From an uncultured Gemmatimonadaceae bacterium (GTDB lineage Bacteria; Gemmatimonadota; Gemmatimonadetes; Gemmatimonadales; Gemmatimonadaceae), in NCBI GenBank assembly GCA_963822945.1, contig CAWGJO010000022.1, forward strand, positions 1-64,000: a stretch of DNA of 64,000 bases. Reading direction: 5' to 3'. How positions within the stretch are numbered: position 1 is the stretch's first letter; every line of letters begins with the position of its first letter. This document shows positions 49,998 to 60,287 of the stretch, piece by piece. Both the position numbers and the translations under genes were made by a program. The notes under the pieces are model-generated. The model was not told the origin of the DNA. It saw nothing but the letters and a program-made list of their open reading frames with translations, and searched no databases.

Positions 49998-52625
49998 ATG
50001 ATCGACCGCCGTCGCTTCCTGCAGTGGGCCGCCGCCGCGGCCGTTGTTCCGGGCCGAATGCTCGACCTTCCGGGCGCCGTTCCGTCCGGCCCCGGCCTGG
50101 CGGAGGCCGGCGACGGGTCCGCAGCACCGGCCGGGCGCAGGAAACGCTACTCGCCGGGGCGAATCCCCAACGAGTATTCGCTCCTGCTTCCCGGTGAGGC
50201 CGAAGCACTGGCGCGCGTACCGGCGGTCACGGAATTCCGGTCGGGTACGGTGCTCGCCTCGGCGAGCGGGGGGGCGCCCCGGTCGCTGCACATCGGCGAT
50301 GCGCTCGACGGTTGGCGCCTCGTCGCCCTGATCCCGGACCTCGACGGCGCGCCGACGGCGGTGTTCGAGAAGCGCATGTCGCACCGCGGCGCGATCGTGT
50401 ACCTCACCGGCCGGGGCGAGGTTGCGCGGATCCCCACCGGGGTCGGCGAGCTGGCGAACATCCGGCCGCGGCCGATCAATGCGACCCCCGAGTCGCGGTT
50501 CCGGCGCCCCGCGTCGTTTCCAAAGCAGCCGGACAAGCCCGGCGACTTCATCCTCGGGTCGGACGAGGATCCGTGCTACGAGAACGTCGCGGCGCTCGGC
50601 GACGAGTTCATCGGGTGGACGCTCGTCGCGAACGAGGAGTCGGGCCCCGAACGCTCGCTCTGGCTCGAGCCCGACGGCACGTCGCGTCAGTTCGGCAGCG
50701 ACCCGCGGTCGCTCTGGGCACCCGATCTCACCGGCCGCCAATTCGACCCGCGACGCTTTCTGCCGTCCGAGTACCTGTACGAATACGTGCCGGGCTACAG
50801 CAAGCGGACGTTGCTGGGCGGATTCCTGCCGGCGGCGGATATCGGCGTGTGGAATCCGAAGTTCGCGGTGGGCTACAACGCGATGGTGCTGCTTCCGCCG
50901 GGCGTCGACGCGAAACCAATGGGGCGCGTGAGCGCAATGCTGCCGGACCGCCATGGCGATCTGATCCCGGCGGGCGACACGAACGCCGAACAGCGGCTCC
51001 CCGACTCGGGGTGGGTGGACCGGTACTGGAACACGACCGCCGAGGGCTTCTTCACGGCCCTGTTCAGCCTGTGGCAGCACTGGCAGCGGTTCTTCGACGA
51101 CCGCATGCAGGTGGAGATTCCCGATCCCTGGCTGCTCGATGCGGCGCGCGCGGGCATCGTGCTCTCGCGCTGCAGCTATCGCGGGCTGGAGCCGAGCTAC
51201 CAGATCGGCGAGGGCGCGTACACCAAGATCCCCGAACGCAGCCACGCGCTCTTTCCCGTGGCGCACTACGAATTCGTCTGGGCGCAGCAGTTGTGGAATC
51301 TCACCGACCAGGTGGAACCGTACTTCGAGCACTATCTGGAGCGATACGTCGAGCCCGACGGCAACTTCACCTATAACACGCAGGATCAGGTGGAAGGACC
51401 GCTCAACGCCGGGGTCTTTCTGGAGAATTCGGCGCGCGCGTACGACTACAGCCGTGATCTCGACGCCCTGACCCGCCGGCTGCCGGTGCTGCGGCGCATG
51501 ATCCGCTTCGTGGTCGACCGGTACCGGTATTCGCTGCGCACGTTCCCGGAAGGGGATCCGCGGCACGGTCTCATCTGGGGCTCGCCCGAGGCGGACCTTG
51601 GCGATCCCAAGCATGACACGCCCGCCGATCACCCGTACTACTACCAGAATGCCGCGTGGATCTGGCGCGGGCTGTACGAGCACGGTCGCGTGCTGACGGC
51701 CGCGGCGCGCGACGCATCGGCGCAGGGCAGGACGCCGCTCGCGCGCGCATTGGAGGCGGAGGGGCACGAGACGGCCGCTCTGGCGGGGGAGATGCGTGGC
51801 AAGATCGAGCGATCGCTGCGGACGGCGCTCGACGCGCGCAACGGGGCGATGAAGAAGGCGGGGATCACGCCCTTCCATCCCTTCGACACGGCGCGCACGC
51901 CCGAAGAGCTGTCGAGTTACGAGAACCACCGGTTCATGATGGACTGGTGGACGGCCGACTGGGGCGACGCGGAACTCGATGCGGGCCACTTCCGGCATCG
52001 CACGCTGGCCGGCGAGCAGCTGTTGGGGATGAACACCGACGGCCACTATCCGCGCACGTCGAACTTCATGGAGCACGGAACGCTGGCGGGCCGCATCCGC
52101 CAGGACGACTATCGCCCGTTCCTGCTCGCGCTGTACGGCAACCTGTGCTACGCCATGGACTCGGGCAGCCGGTATGCGCCGGAGGATGCGCTGCTGCCCG
52201 GCAACTTCCCGGGCGAGGGAAGCCACTACGCGTGGTCGGCGGTGATCAACAGCGAACTGCAGCCCGCCATGGCGTTGCGCTGGCTGCTCTGCTGGGAGGA
52301 ACACGACCGGCCGGGCAACACGCCGACGGTACATCTCCAGAAGGCCGCCCCGAAGCACTGGTTTGCGCGCGGCAAGCGCATCGCCGTCTCACGGTGTCCG
52401 ACGCGGTTCGGCGACGTGGGATGGGTGACCGAATCCGACGGCGGCGGCTGGCGCGTGACGCTCACGCTGCCGCCGCGGTTCGCGGCCGATCTCGCGGTGC
52501 ACCTGCACCGCCCGGACGGGCGCCCGCTCACCAGCGCGTCGATGGGCGCGGTGCACGGCACGTCGGTCCTTCTCACCGCGGCTCAATTGTCCGACAGGCA
52601 ACGGTTGACCATCAACATCGCGTGA
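49998..52625 (+). CDS. Tat-exported protein, probable six-hairpin (alpha/alpha)6 glycosidase-like enzyme
   Basis: AAGGAG RBS; MIDRRRFL twin-arginine signal; EIPDPWL, GLIWGSPEADL, APKHWF...CPTRFG C-terminal pattern. Confidence 0.65.
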   Translation: MIDRRRFLQWAAAAAVVPGRMLDLPGAVPSGPGLAEAGDGSAAPAGRRKRYSPGRIPNEYSLLLPGEAEALARVPAVTEFRSGTVLASASGGAPRSLHIGDALDGWRLVALIPDLDGAPTAVFEKRMSHRGAIVYLTGRGEVARIPTGVGELANIRPRPINATPESRFRRPASFPKQPDKPGDFILGSDEDPCYENVAALGDEFIGWTLVANEESGPERSLWLEPDGTSRQFGSDPRSLWAPDLTGRQFDPRRFLPSEYLYEYVPGYSKRTLLGGFLPAADIGVWNPKFAVGYNAMVLLPPGVDAKPMGRVSAMLPDRHGDLIPAGDTNAEQRLPDSGWVDRYWNTTAEGFFTALFSLWQHWQRFFDDRMQVEIPDPWLLDAARAGIVLSRCSYRGLEPSYQIGEGAYTKIPERSHALFPVAHYEFVWAQQLWNLTDQVEPYFEHYLERYVEPDGNFTYNTQDQVEGPLNAGVFLENSARAYDYSRDLDALTRRLPVLRRMIRFVVDRYRYSLRTFPEGDPRHGLIWGSPEADLGDPKHDTPADHPYYYQNAAWIWRGLYEHGRVLTAAARDASAQGRTPLARALEAEGHETAALAGEMRGKIERSLRTALDARNGAMKKAGITPFHPFDTARTPEELSSYENHRFMMDWWTADWGDAELDAGHFRHRTLAGEQLLGMNTDGHYPRTSNFMEHGTLAGRIRQDDYRPFLLALYGNLCYAMDSGSRYAPEDALLPGNFPGEGSHYAWSAVINSELQPAMALRWLLCWEEHDRPGNTPTVHLQKAAPKHWFARGKRIAVSRCPTRFGDVGWVTESDGGGWRVTLTLPPRFAADLAVHLHRPDGRPLTSASMGAVHGTSVLLTAAQLSDRQRLTINIA

Positions 52626-52746
52626 ATTTCCGCGCTCTCGAGCGGCGGGCACTGGCCTCCGGACCCCTGAGCGGTCACCATTGAAACAGTCATCGCCGCC
52701 CGGAGCGGGGGCGTGAGGATTGGACCTTTGCAGATCGGAGATCGAG

Positions 52747-53913
52747 ATGCCGCGTGACGACCTGGCACAATCGGAGACGTTCGCCCATCGCCGGCCGTTC
52801 CGGGCTCTGGGAATCGCCGCCGCCGCCCTGCTGCTCGGGGCCGGGCCGGCTGCGCGCCCCGAGGGGACCGCCCGGTAGCCACAGCGCACGACGCCGGACA
52901 GCACGCAGTTCTATCTGGGCGCCGACATCTCGTATCTCGCCTCGGCGGGTCAGGGTGGACGCGGCCGTCCGTTCCCGAAGTATCAGGAAGACGGCAAGCC
53001 AAGTGACGAGCTGACGATTCTCGAGCGGCACGGGTGGAACGCCTTCCGGCTGCGCGTCTTCGTATCGCCGGTGCGCAAGGCGCCGGACAATTCGCTCGCC
53101 AACACCATCCCACTCGCCAGGCGGATCAAGGCGTCGGGCGCCCTCCTGCTGCTCGACATCCATTACTCCGACACCTGGGCCGACCCGCAACACCAGGAGA
53201 TTCCCGTGGCGTGGCGCGGGTTGGATTTCGACGCGCTGCAGCAGAAGGTCGAGACGTACAGCCGGAATACCATCAAGGCGCTGAAGGACGCGGGTGCGAT
53301 GCCCGACTGGGTGCAGGTGGGCAACGAGATCACGCGCGGCACGTTGTGGCCGGTGGGACAGCTCGCCGTGCCCGGTGCCCAGGAATACCTCCCGCCGCAA
53401 CCGAGCGACACGACGGAGCAGTGGGATCACCTGACGCGGCTGTTGAAGGCCGGTATCCGCGGCGTGATGGAAGGCGCGGGGAACACGCCGCCGCGCATCG
53501 CGATCCACATCGACCGCGGTGGCGACTGGAAGACCACGAAGTGGTTCTTCGACCATCTCGACGCCGCCCACGTGCCGTACGACATCATTGCGGAGAGTTT
53601 CTATCCCCCGTGGCGGCACGGGACGCTCGCCGATCTCCGGATGAACATGGACAGCAGCGCGGCGCGCTTCCACAAGGATTTCCTCGTCGCCGAGACGGGG
53701 TACGGCCCCTCGCACTATCCCGACAATCCGGACATGAAGTGGCCCACCACACCCGAGGGCCGGCTTCAATTCATGGTGGATCTGGTGCGCCTGGTGAAAC
53801 AGGCGCCCCGCGGGCTGGGCGTGATGTACTGGGCACCCGAATGGGATCTCTGGAATCCCGATGGCACCCCGGGGCCCGCGGTGTTCACCCTCGACTCCCT
53901 GAACGCACGATGA
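52747..53913 (+). CDS. GH53 endo-beta-1,4-galactanase; in-frame TAG at 52876-52878
   Basis: GADISY, GWNAFRLRVFV, LLDIHYSDTWADPQHQ, VQVGNE, AETGY, GVMYWAPE; signal-peptide-like N-terminus in the same frame upstream of the TAG. Confidence 0.85.
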
Positions 53914-55181
53914 CCCATACCCTGATCCGCAACGGCACCCTCATCGACGGCACCGGCGCCGCGCCGATTCCGAACGGCGCGGTGCTGCTCAAGGACGACC
54001 GGATCGCCGCGGTGGGACGGCTCGACACCCTGCCGCGTCCCGACGGTACGGTCAACGAGATCGACGCCGGGGGCGGGACGATTCTGCCCGGGCTGATCGA
54101 CGCGCACATTCACGCGACGATGCAGTACGAAGGGATGATGAAGCACGCCACCACGCCCTTCTCGCTCAACTTCTACCTGGCGGCGCGCTATCTGCGGCGT
54201 ACACTCGATGCGGGCATCACGAGCGTTCGCGATGCCGGCGGTGCCGATCTCGGGCTCAAGCGTGCTCTCGAGATGGGGCTGGTCGAGGGGCCGCGCATGC
54301 AGATCAGCATCACTCCGCTCTCGATCACCGGTGGGCACCTGGACTTCTGGCTGCCGTCGGGACAGGAGATCGGGCTGTTCACGCCGCATCCGGGGCTGCC
54401 CAGCGGGATCTGCGACGGCGTGGACGAGGTGCGCCGGAAGGTGCGCGAAGTGCTGCGGGCCGGCGCCGACGTCATCAAGGTGTGCTCCACGGGCGGCGTG
54501 CTGAGCCCCACCGACCATCCCGAATTCACGCAGTTCACGCCGGAGGAACTGGCGGTGATGGTGCAGGAAGGGGCGTATCGGCGCGGGGTGAAGGTGATGG
54601 CGCACGCGCAGGGCGCCGAAGGGATCAAGAATGCGGTGCGGGCGGGCATCCACTCCATCGAGCACGGGATCTACCTGGACGAGGAGGCGATCGCGCTGAT
54701 GCTGGAGCGCGGCACGTTCCTGGTGCCGACGCTGCTCGCGCCCCAGGCAGTCATCGAACAGGGGGAAAAGACCGGCACGATCTCCGAGTGGGCGCTGCGC
54801 AAGTCGAAGGAGGTGCTGCAGGCGCACCGAGACAGCATCCGGCGGGCGCACGCGGCCGGCGTGAAGATCGCCATGGGCACCGACGCCGGCGTGATGCCGC
54901 ACGGCACGAACCTGCGCGAGCTCGGGCTCATGTGCGAGCACGCGGGGATGTCCCCCATGGAGGCCATCGTGGCCACCACGCGCACCGCAGCCGAGTGTCT
55001 GGAGTGGCAGGATCGCGTGGGGACGCTGGAGGCGGGCAAGCTGGCCGACGTGACGGTGACGTCGATCGACCCGCTGGCCGACATCCACGCCCTGACGCCC
55101 GAAACGATCCGATTGGTGATCCAGGCCGGGCGCGTAGTGAAGGGGGAGCCGCTAGCTTTCGCCCGTCCAACGCGGAGTTGA
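53910..55181 (+). CDS. Metal-dependent amidohydrolase (Xaa-Pro dipeptidase-like)
   Basis: PGLIDAHIH, GADVIKVCSTGG, AHAQG, SIEHG, MGTDAG, GKLAD. Confidence 0.9.
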   Translation: MTHTLIRNGTLIDGTGAAPIPNGAVLLKDDRIAAVGRLDTLPRPDGTVNEIDAGGGTILPGLIDAHIHATMQYEGMMKHATTPFSLNFYLAARYLRRTLDAGITSVRDAGGADLGLKRALEMGLVEGPRMQISITPLSITGGHLDFWLPSGQEIGLFTPHPGLPSGICDGVDEVRRKVREVLRAGADVIKVCSTGGVLSPTDHPEFTQFTPEELAVMVQEGAYRRGVKVMAHAQGAEGIKNAVRAGIHSIEHGIYLDEEAIALMLERGTFLVPTLLAPQAVIEQGEKTGTISEWALRKSKEVLQAHRDSIRRAHAAGVKIAMGTDAGVMPHGTNLRELGLMCEHAGMSPMEAIVATTRTAAECLEWQDRVGTLEAGKLADVTVTSIDPLADIHALTPETIRLVIQAGRVVKGEPLAFARPTRS

Positions 55182-55183
55182 CG

Positions 55184-55615
55184 ATGCGTGGTGGTGCGGT
55201 TCGATTCGCCGTCGGCGCGGCGGTCCTCGTGTTATGGTGCGCCTTCAGTGTGGTCAAGACGGCGCGCGTGAATCTGTGGGTGTATCACGAGGCCATGAAG
55301 GGCGACCTTCATGATTCCGTCGCGATCAACGAGCAGCGGTTCACGGCGATCCGGAAGGATCTTCCGGCCAATCGTGCCGTTGGGTACGCCAGCGATCTGT
55401 CGCGCGACGCCGTACAGGATCGCTTCCTGACCGCGTTCGTGCAGGCGCAGTCGGCGCTGGCGCCGCATCTGGTGCTCGACACCTACGCGCTCTCGCCGAT
55501 CGTCGGCAATTTTCCGGATGCGCGCCCCGACAGCGCGCAGCTCGCCGCGATGGGACTGCACCTGGTTCGCGACTATGGGCACGGTGTGTACCTCCTGACC
55601 AGGAGCGCGCGGTGA
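55184..55615 (+). CDS. Hypothetical membrane-anchored periplasmic protein
   Basis: N-terminal hydrophobic helix; LPANRAVGYASD...AQSALAP...DYGHGVYLL; coupled to both neighbours. Confidence 0.7.
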   Translation: MRGGAVRFAVGAAVLVLWCAFSVVKTARVNLWVYHEAMKGDLHDSVAINEQRFTAIRKDLPANRAVGYASDLSRDAVQDRFLTAFVQAQSALAPHLVLDTYALSPIVGNFPDARPDSAQLAAMGLHLVRDYGHGVYLLTRSAR

Positions 55616-57012
55616 TCCTCTCGCTCGCAGCGTGGCTCGCCGTCACCGGGCTCATCGGGTGGGCGGCGGTCGTGTCGATCTGGCCGGGTCCGGCGCGGTG
55701 GAAGTCGGGCGAGGCGGTGTTCCGAGCATCCCTCGCCGTCGGCCTCGGGTTCGGTGTCAGTTCATCGGCGTTGTTTGCGGCGATGCTGTTGTTCGGTCCC
55801 ATCCGGATCGTCGCCATCGGCTCCGACCTCGTGACGCTTCTCGCGCTGGTGCTCGCGGCGCGCGCACGGGTGCGTTCGCTGCCCGCCGATCGGTCCGGAC
55901 TTCCGGTTGCCCCGCCGCCCGGCCCGCTCGACCGCAAGATCGGCTGGGGGGCGCTCGGCCTCGCGGGCATCGCGGTCCTTGCCACGCTGGCGATCGCTCT
56001 CCGCATGCCGCACGGCGACTGGGATGCCTGGGGCATCTACAATCTGACCGCCCGATTCATCTTCCTCGGCGGCCCATCGTGGCACCGTGCGTTCACCCCC
56101 GGCTTGGGCATCCATCCCGACTACCCGCTGCTCTTGTCGGATTCGGTGGTGCGCGGTTGGCTGTACGCGGGCGGGGCAAGCACGGTCGTGCCGGCCATCG
56201 TCGGGATTCTGTTCGCGTATGCATTGGTGGGCGTCGTGGCTGGTGGCATCTGGATTCTGCGCGGGCGCCGTCACGCGGCGCTGGCGGCCGTGACGCTCCT
56301 CGGGACGCAGATCTTTCTCACCACCAGCGCCAGACAGTACGCCGATCTGCCGCTGGCGTTCTTCTTCGTGGCGACCATCGTGCTCTATGCGTTGGCGAAG
56401 CGGCTGCACGACGATGAGACATGGCTGCTCGTCGGCGCGGGGGTCTGCGCCGGGCTCGCCGCATGGACCAAGAATGAAGGCTTGCTGTTCGTCCTCGTGG
56501 TCTCGGTGGGGCTGCTGCTACTCCACCACCGGTTTCGCCGTCACCGCACCGACCGGCATGTGATCGCGGCGTATCTGTGGGGGCTCCTCCCGGTGCTGGC
56601 GATGATCGCCGTCTTCAAGTTGGCGCTGGCGCCGCCCAACGATCTGGTGAGCGGGCAGGGCTCCGGCACCCTGCCGCGCCTGCTCGATGTATCACGCTAC
56701 TGGCTGATCGTGAAGTCCACGCTGCTCACGCTGCTCCGCTTCCCCGTCGTGCCCGTGGCCGTCTTTCTGGCGCTGGTCGGGCGGGACCGCGATGCCGCCG
56801 ACCGGCGCGCCACTCGCCTGACGATGTTCGCGGTCCTCGCCCTCGCCGCGGGCTACTTCGTGGTCTACCTCACGACGCCGCTCGACCTGGGATTGCAGAT
56901 GCATCGGTCGCTCGACCGCCTGCTGATGCAACTCTGGCCGCTTATCCTGCTGGCGGTGTTCATGGTCGCCCGGGTGCCGGAGCAGCCTTCGGAGCCTCGC
57001 GCGCAGTCGTGA
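55612..57012 (+). CDS. GT-C fold membrane glycosyltransferase (GT39/PMT_2-like)
   Basis: Multiple TM; WDAWGIYNLTAR, HPDYPLL, YADLPLAF, WTKNEG. Confidence 0.7.
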   Translation: MILSLAAWLAVTGLIGWAAVVSIWPGPARWKSGEAVFRASLAVGLGFGVSSSALFAAMLLFGPIRIVAIGSDLVTLLALVLAARARVRSLPADRSGLPVAPPPGPLDRKIGWGALGLAGIAVLATLAIALRMPHGDWDAWGIYNLTARFIFLGGPSWHRAFTPGLGIHPDYPLLLSDSVVRGWLYAGGASTVVPAIVGILFAYALVGVVAGGIWILRGRRHAALAAVTLLGTQIFLTTSARQYADLPLAFFFVATIVLYALAKRLHDDETWLLVGAGVCAGLAAWTKNEGLLFVLVVSVGLLLLHHRFRRHRTDRHVIAAYLWGLLPVLAMIAVFKLALAPPNDLVSGQGSGTLPRLLDVSRYWLIVKSTLLTLLRFPVVPVAVFLALVGRDRDAADRRATRLTMFAVLALAAGYFVVYLTTPLDLGLQMHRSLDRLLMQLWPLILLAVFMVARVPEQPSEPRAQS

Positions 57013-57099
57013 CGCCGGTCAGCCGGCGACGCAGTAATCGGACGCCGGCTCCGTCGCGATCCACCGAGGCCGGCGAGTTGCTCGGAGCCGCGCGCGCCG

Positions 57100-58615
57100 T
57101 CAGGGCATCGAGATGATGGCGCGCATCATCGTGATGGCGTCGAAGAAGTTGCCGAGCCGCAGGTTCTCGTTCGGCCGTGTTGGTTGTCGTCGAAGTTGAC
57201 CACCGGCATTCCGACCGTGGCCGTCTTCAGGCCGATCGGAGAACAGATAGAACGGGGTCGAGCCGCCGAGCGTCGGCATGCGGGCCGGCGTCGTGTGCGT
57301 CGCGGCGGCCACGGCGGCGACGGCCTGCTGCGCCGTCGGGTTCGTGAGCGGCGTCCGCCCGGCCGGATAGCCGCCGATGCGGCGCAACTTCGCGAGCAGC
57401 GGATAGGTCGCCCGCTCCTGGTCGGTCGGCGCGTCGCCGCCGATGAGATGGTATCCCTGCGCGCGCACGAGCGCTGCAGCCGCGCGAACTGCGCGTCCGG
57501 GCGTGACGTTCTTCACGAGCCGAAGATCCATGCGCGCCGACGGCCTGCGATGGAATAATCGTCCGGCCCTGTCCGGCCACCGTGCCGGCGCCGAGACCGG
57601 ACATGTTCAGCGTCGGCAGGTTGTCGAGAGCCTCCAGGCGCTCCCGGTGATCTCCGGCCGCGCGAAGCCGAACTGGCGCATCAGCTTCGCGTCGACGTCG
57701 GGGATCTCGGCAATCGCCTGCTTCTCTTCCGCGTCAGCGGGACGACGTCCTTGATAGAAGCCGGCGAATCGTCACGTGGCCGGTCTTGTCCTTCATCGAC
57801 GCGAGAGCCGTGCCAGCTCGATTGCCGGGATTCGGGGCCCAGTTGCCGTAGTTGCCGCTGTGCAGGTCCTGGCGCGCGCCGAACACCGTCAGCTCGGTCG
57901 ACATCATGCCGCGCGCGCCGAAGACGAACGTCGGCCGTCCGCTCGGGTGCTGCGGGCCATCGACCAGGAGGACGAGGTTGCCGCGGATGCGGGCCGCCTG
58001 TTCGTTGACGACCGTGGCGAGCGAGGGGGAGCCGGCTTCCTCGTCGCCTTCCATGAGCACGCGCAGCGTCGAGGTGATCGGGTGTGCCGGGGCCTTCGCT
58101 TCGTCGATGGCGGAGAGGAACGCGATGATCGGACCCTTGTCGTCGGCGGCCGAACGGGCGTAGAGGCGCCACTCGGGATCGATCGGGCCCGTGGCGGGCA
58201 GCGTGACGACCCGGCCGCCGTCCTCGATCGGCTTGTCGCGGTAGATCGGCTGGAACGGACCCGAGTCCTTCCACTTCGCCGGCGTCACCGGCTGGCCGTC
58301 GTAGTGGAAGTAGAAGGTGAGCGTGCGCGCCGGCCTCGGGCCTGGCGGGACCAGCTCGCAGATGAGCACCGGCGAGCCCGGCGTGCGGACGACCGTCACA
58401 TGGAAGCCGCGGCGCTCGAATATCGCCTGCAGGCAGGTGGCGTTGCGGGCGATGTCGGGCTTGTCGGAGGCGACGTTGGGAATCGAGAGGAAACTGGTGA
58501 GCGTGGCCAGTTCCGACTGCGGCGTGGGTCGCTGGGCGGCCAGCGGCGATTGCGCGGCGCACAGGGCGAGCGCGACGAGCGTGGCGGAACGGAGAGGACG
58601 GGGCTGGACGGTCAT
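57100..58615 (-). CDS. M20/M25/M40 family metallopeptidase; several frameshifts
   Basis: Signal peptide; YFHYDGQP, LYARSAADDKGP, EGDEEAGS, DLHSGNYG; later frames DLRLV, PTLGGS, NENLRLG. Confidence 0.85.
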
Positions 58616-58745
58616 TGCACGGCAGTGAGAGGGAGTGGGGCTGCGGCTGCGCCGCGCCGGACGGCACTCGCGTGGCGCCGCGCCGGCGAATCTATGGCGG
58701 CGGAATGCCGCGGCAACCTCGACCGTCGCCATCCGACCACGAGGG

Positions 58746-60224
58746 TCAGGTTGCCGACAACGTCTGCCCCAGCAGCCGCATCCACGACGCGAGCTGCTCG
58801 AAGACCAGGAAGTTGCCGTGCACGTGCCGCTGCGCGTTCCGTCCCCACCGGTTTCGCTCCGCCGGGTCGTGCAGCATGTCGTCGATGGTCCGGGCCAGCC
58901 CCTCGACGTCTTCCGGGTCGGGGACCAGCCGACCGTCCTCGCCGTCGCGCACCTGTTGCCGGGGCCCGCAGGCCCGGCGATTGGAGAGAATCGGCACGCG
59001 CTTCCACATCGCCTCGGCGATCGTGAGGCCGAATCCCTCGCGCAGCGAGTTCTGGACGACGATGGACGACGCCCGCTGCAGCGCGTTCACCATCAGGCAG
59101 TTCTCCTCGGCCGATTCCATGGGCAGGGACACGATGGCCACCGCTTCCTGCACCAGCGGGTCGAGCCGGCAGTACTGCTCGATGATGGTGGCGAGCACCT
59201 CGCCGGCTTCGGGATCGTCCTGAATGGACTCCGGACTCGGACCGGCCAGGACGCAGCGCGTGAGTTCCTGGCGCACGCGGTGCACGGGGTCGTGCGACCA
59301 TCCGCCGTGCAGCAGCCGCCGGCGGAATTCGGTGAACCCCGCCAGGAGCGGCTCGAATCCCTTGAGCCGGTCCCAGCGGGACACCTGGGTGACCACGGGA
59401 CGCGCGAGCAGCCCGAAGTCGCCGCGCAGCGTCGCGGGGTGGAACCGGCCGTCGGGCGCGAGCCGGAGCGCGAGGCGTTCGTACGGCGGGGTCGGCATGG
59501 GGCCCGGGGGAACGGTCAGCCCAGCGTTTGCCAGCACCGCCACCGTGCCCTGCAGTCCGAGTTCGCGGTTCTTGGGGGACAGCGGATCGATGGCCGGGCA
59601 GATGATCGCGGCGCGGTCGGCGAGAAACGACGGTACGTAATCCGGTGCGGAGAACACGGCGCGATCGTACGCCGGTGCGTACGGGCGCAGGAATTCCCAC
59701 GCGGCCCGAGTGGCCGGCAGCTTCTCGTCGAGGCCGATGTGGCAGCGCCAGACGGCGGTGAGCGGGCGATCCTCCTTGAAGAACGCCGCGAGCGGCATGG
59801 GCTGTGGATCGTGGACCACCAACACGTCGCCCGGCTGTACCTGCGCCGCCATGGCGATGGCGTTGTCCCGATTCACGCGCTCGAACAGCTCCCGGTCTTC
59901 GGGGCCGAGGTTGGGGCGCCCGTGCCCGTGGATGAGGTTGTGGATCTTCTTCGTGAGTTCGAAGAACCGGGGCTCGGACGACTCGATCACCATCCACTCG
60001 GTGGCTACGCCGAGGTCGCGCAGCAGTCCCACCATGGTCGGCAGCATCTCGGCCACCCCACCGCCGCGCGCGGTGGAGTTGACCATCCAGACCGTGCGGC
60101 CCCGCAGCTTGGGGAGCGTGGCCTCGGCCTCGCGGCGCAGGGCTTCCACGGCGCCGACGAGGTGAGCGTACTCGGCGAAGTCCGCCAGACCGTTCGGGAT
60201 TTCCGGCTCGACGCGCAGTGCCAC
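58746..60224 (-). CDS. treT: GT4 glycosyltransferase, trehalose synthase TreT-like
   Basis: VNSTARGGGVAEML, VHDPQP, WRCHI, QVSRWDRLKG, VNALQRAS.IVVQNSLREGFGLTIAEAMWK. Confidence 0.78.
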   Translation of the reverse strand: MALRVEPEIPNGLADFAEYAHLVGAVEALRREAEATLPKLRGRTVWMVNSTARGGGVAEMLPTMVGLLRDLGVATEWMVIESSEPRFFELTKKIHNLIHGHGRPNLGPEDRELFERVNRDNAIAMAAQVQPGDVLVVHDPQPMPLAAFFKEDRPLTAVWRCHIGLDEKLPATRAAWEFLRPYAPAYDRAVFSAPDYVPSFLADRAAIICPAIDPLSPKNRELGLQGTVAVLANAGLTVPPGPMPTPPYERLALRLAPDGRFHPATLRGDFGLLARPVVTQVSRWDRLKGFEPLLAGFTEFRRRLLHGGWSHDPVHRVRQELTRCVLAGPSPESIQDDPEAGEVLATIIEQYCRLDPLVQEAVAIVSLPMESAEENCLMVNALQRASSIVVQNSLREGFGLTIAEAMWKRVPILSNRRACGPRQQVRDGEDGRLVPDPEDVEGLARTIDDMLHDPAERNRWGRNAQRHVHGNFLVFEQLASWMRLLGQTLSAT

Positions 60225-60287
60225 GGTGATGCCTCCTTCGGCTGTTGTCGAATTCGTCCCGCACGCGCGCGGTCCGGGAGGTCGCGC

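Noticed and set aside
57406..57417. 12-bp match (GGTCGCCCGCTC) to the tRNA-Gly 3' end as attR of a 30-kb island
   Set aside because: Short, GC-rich and inside the M20 coding sequence; no integrase is present.
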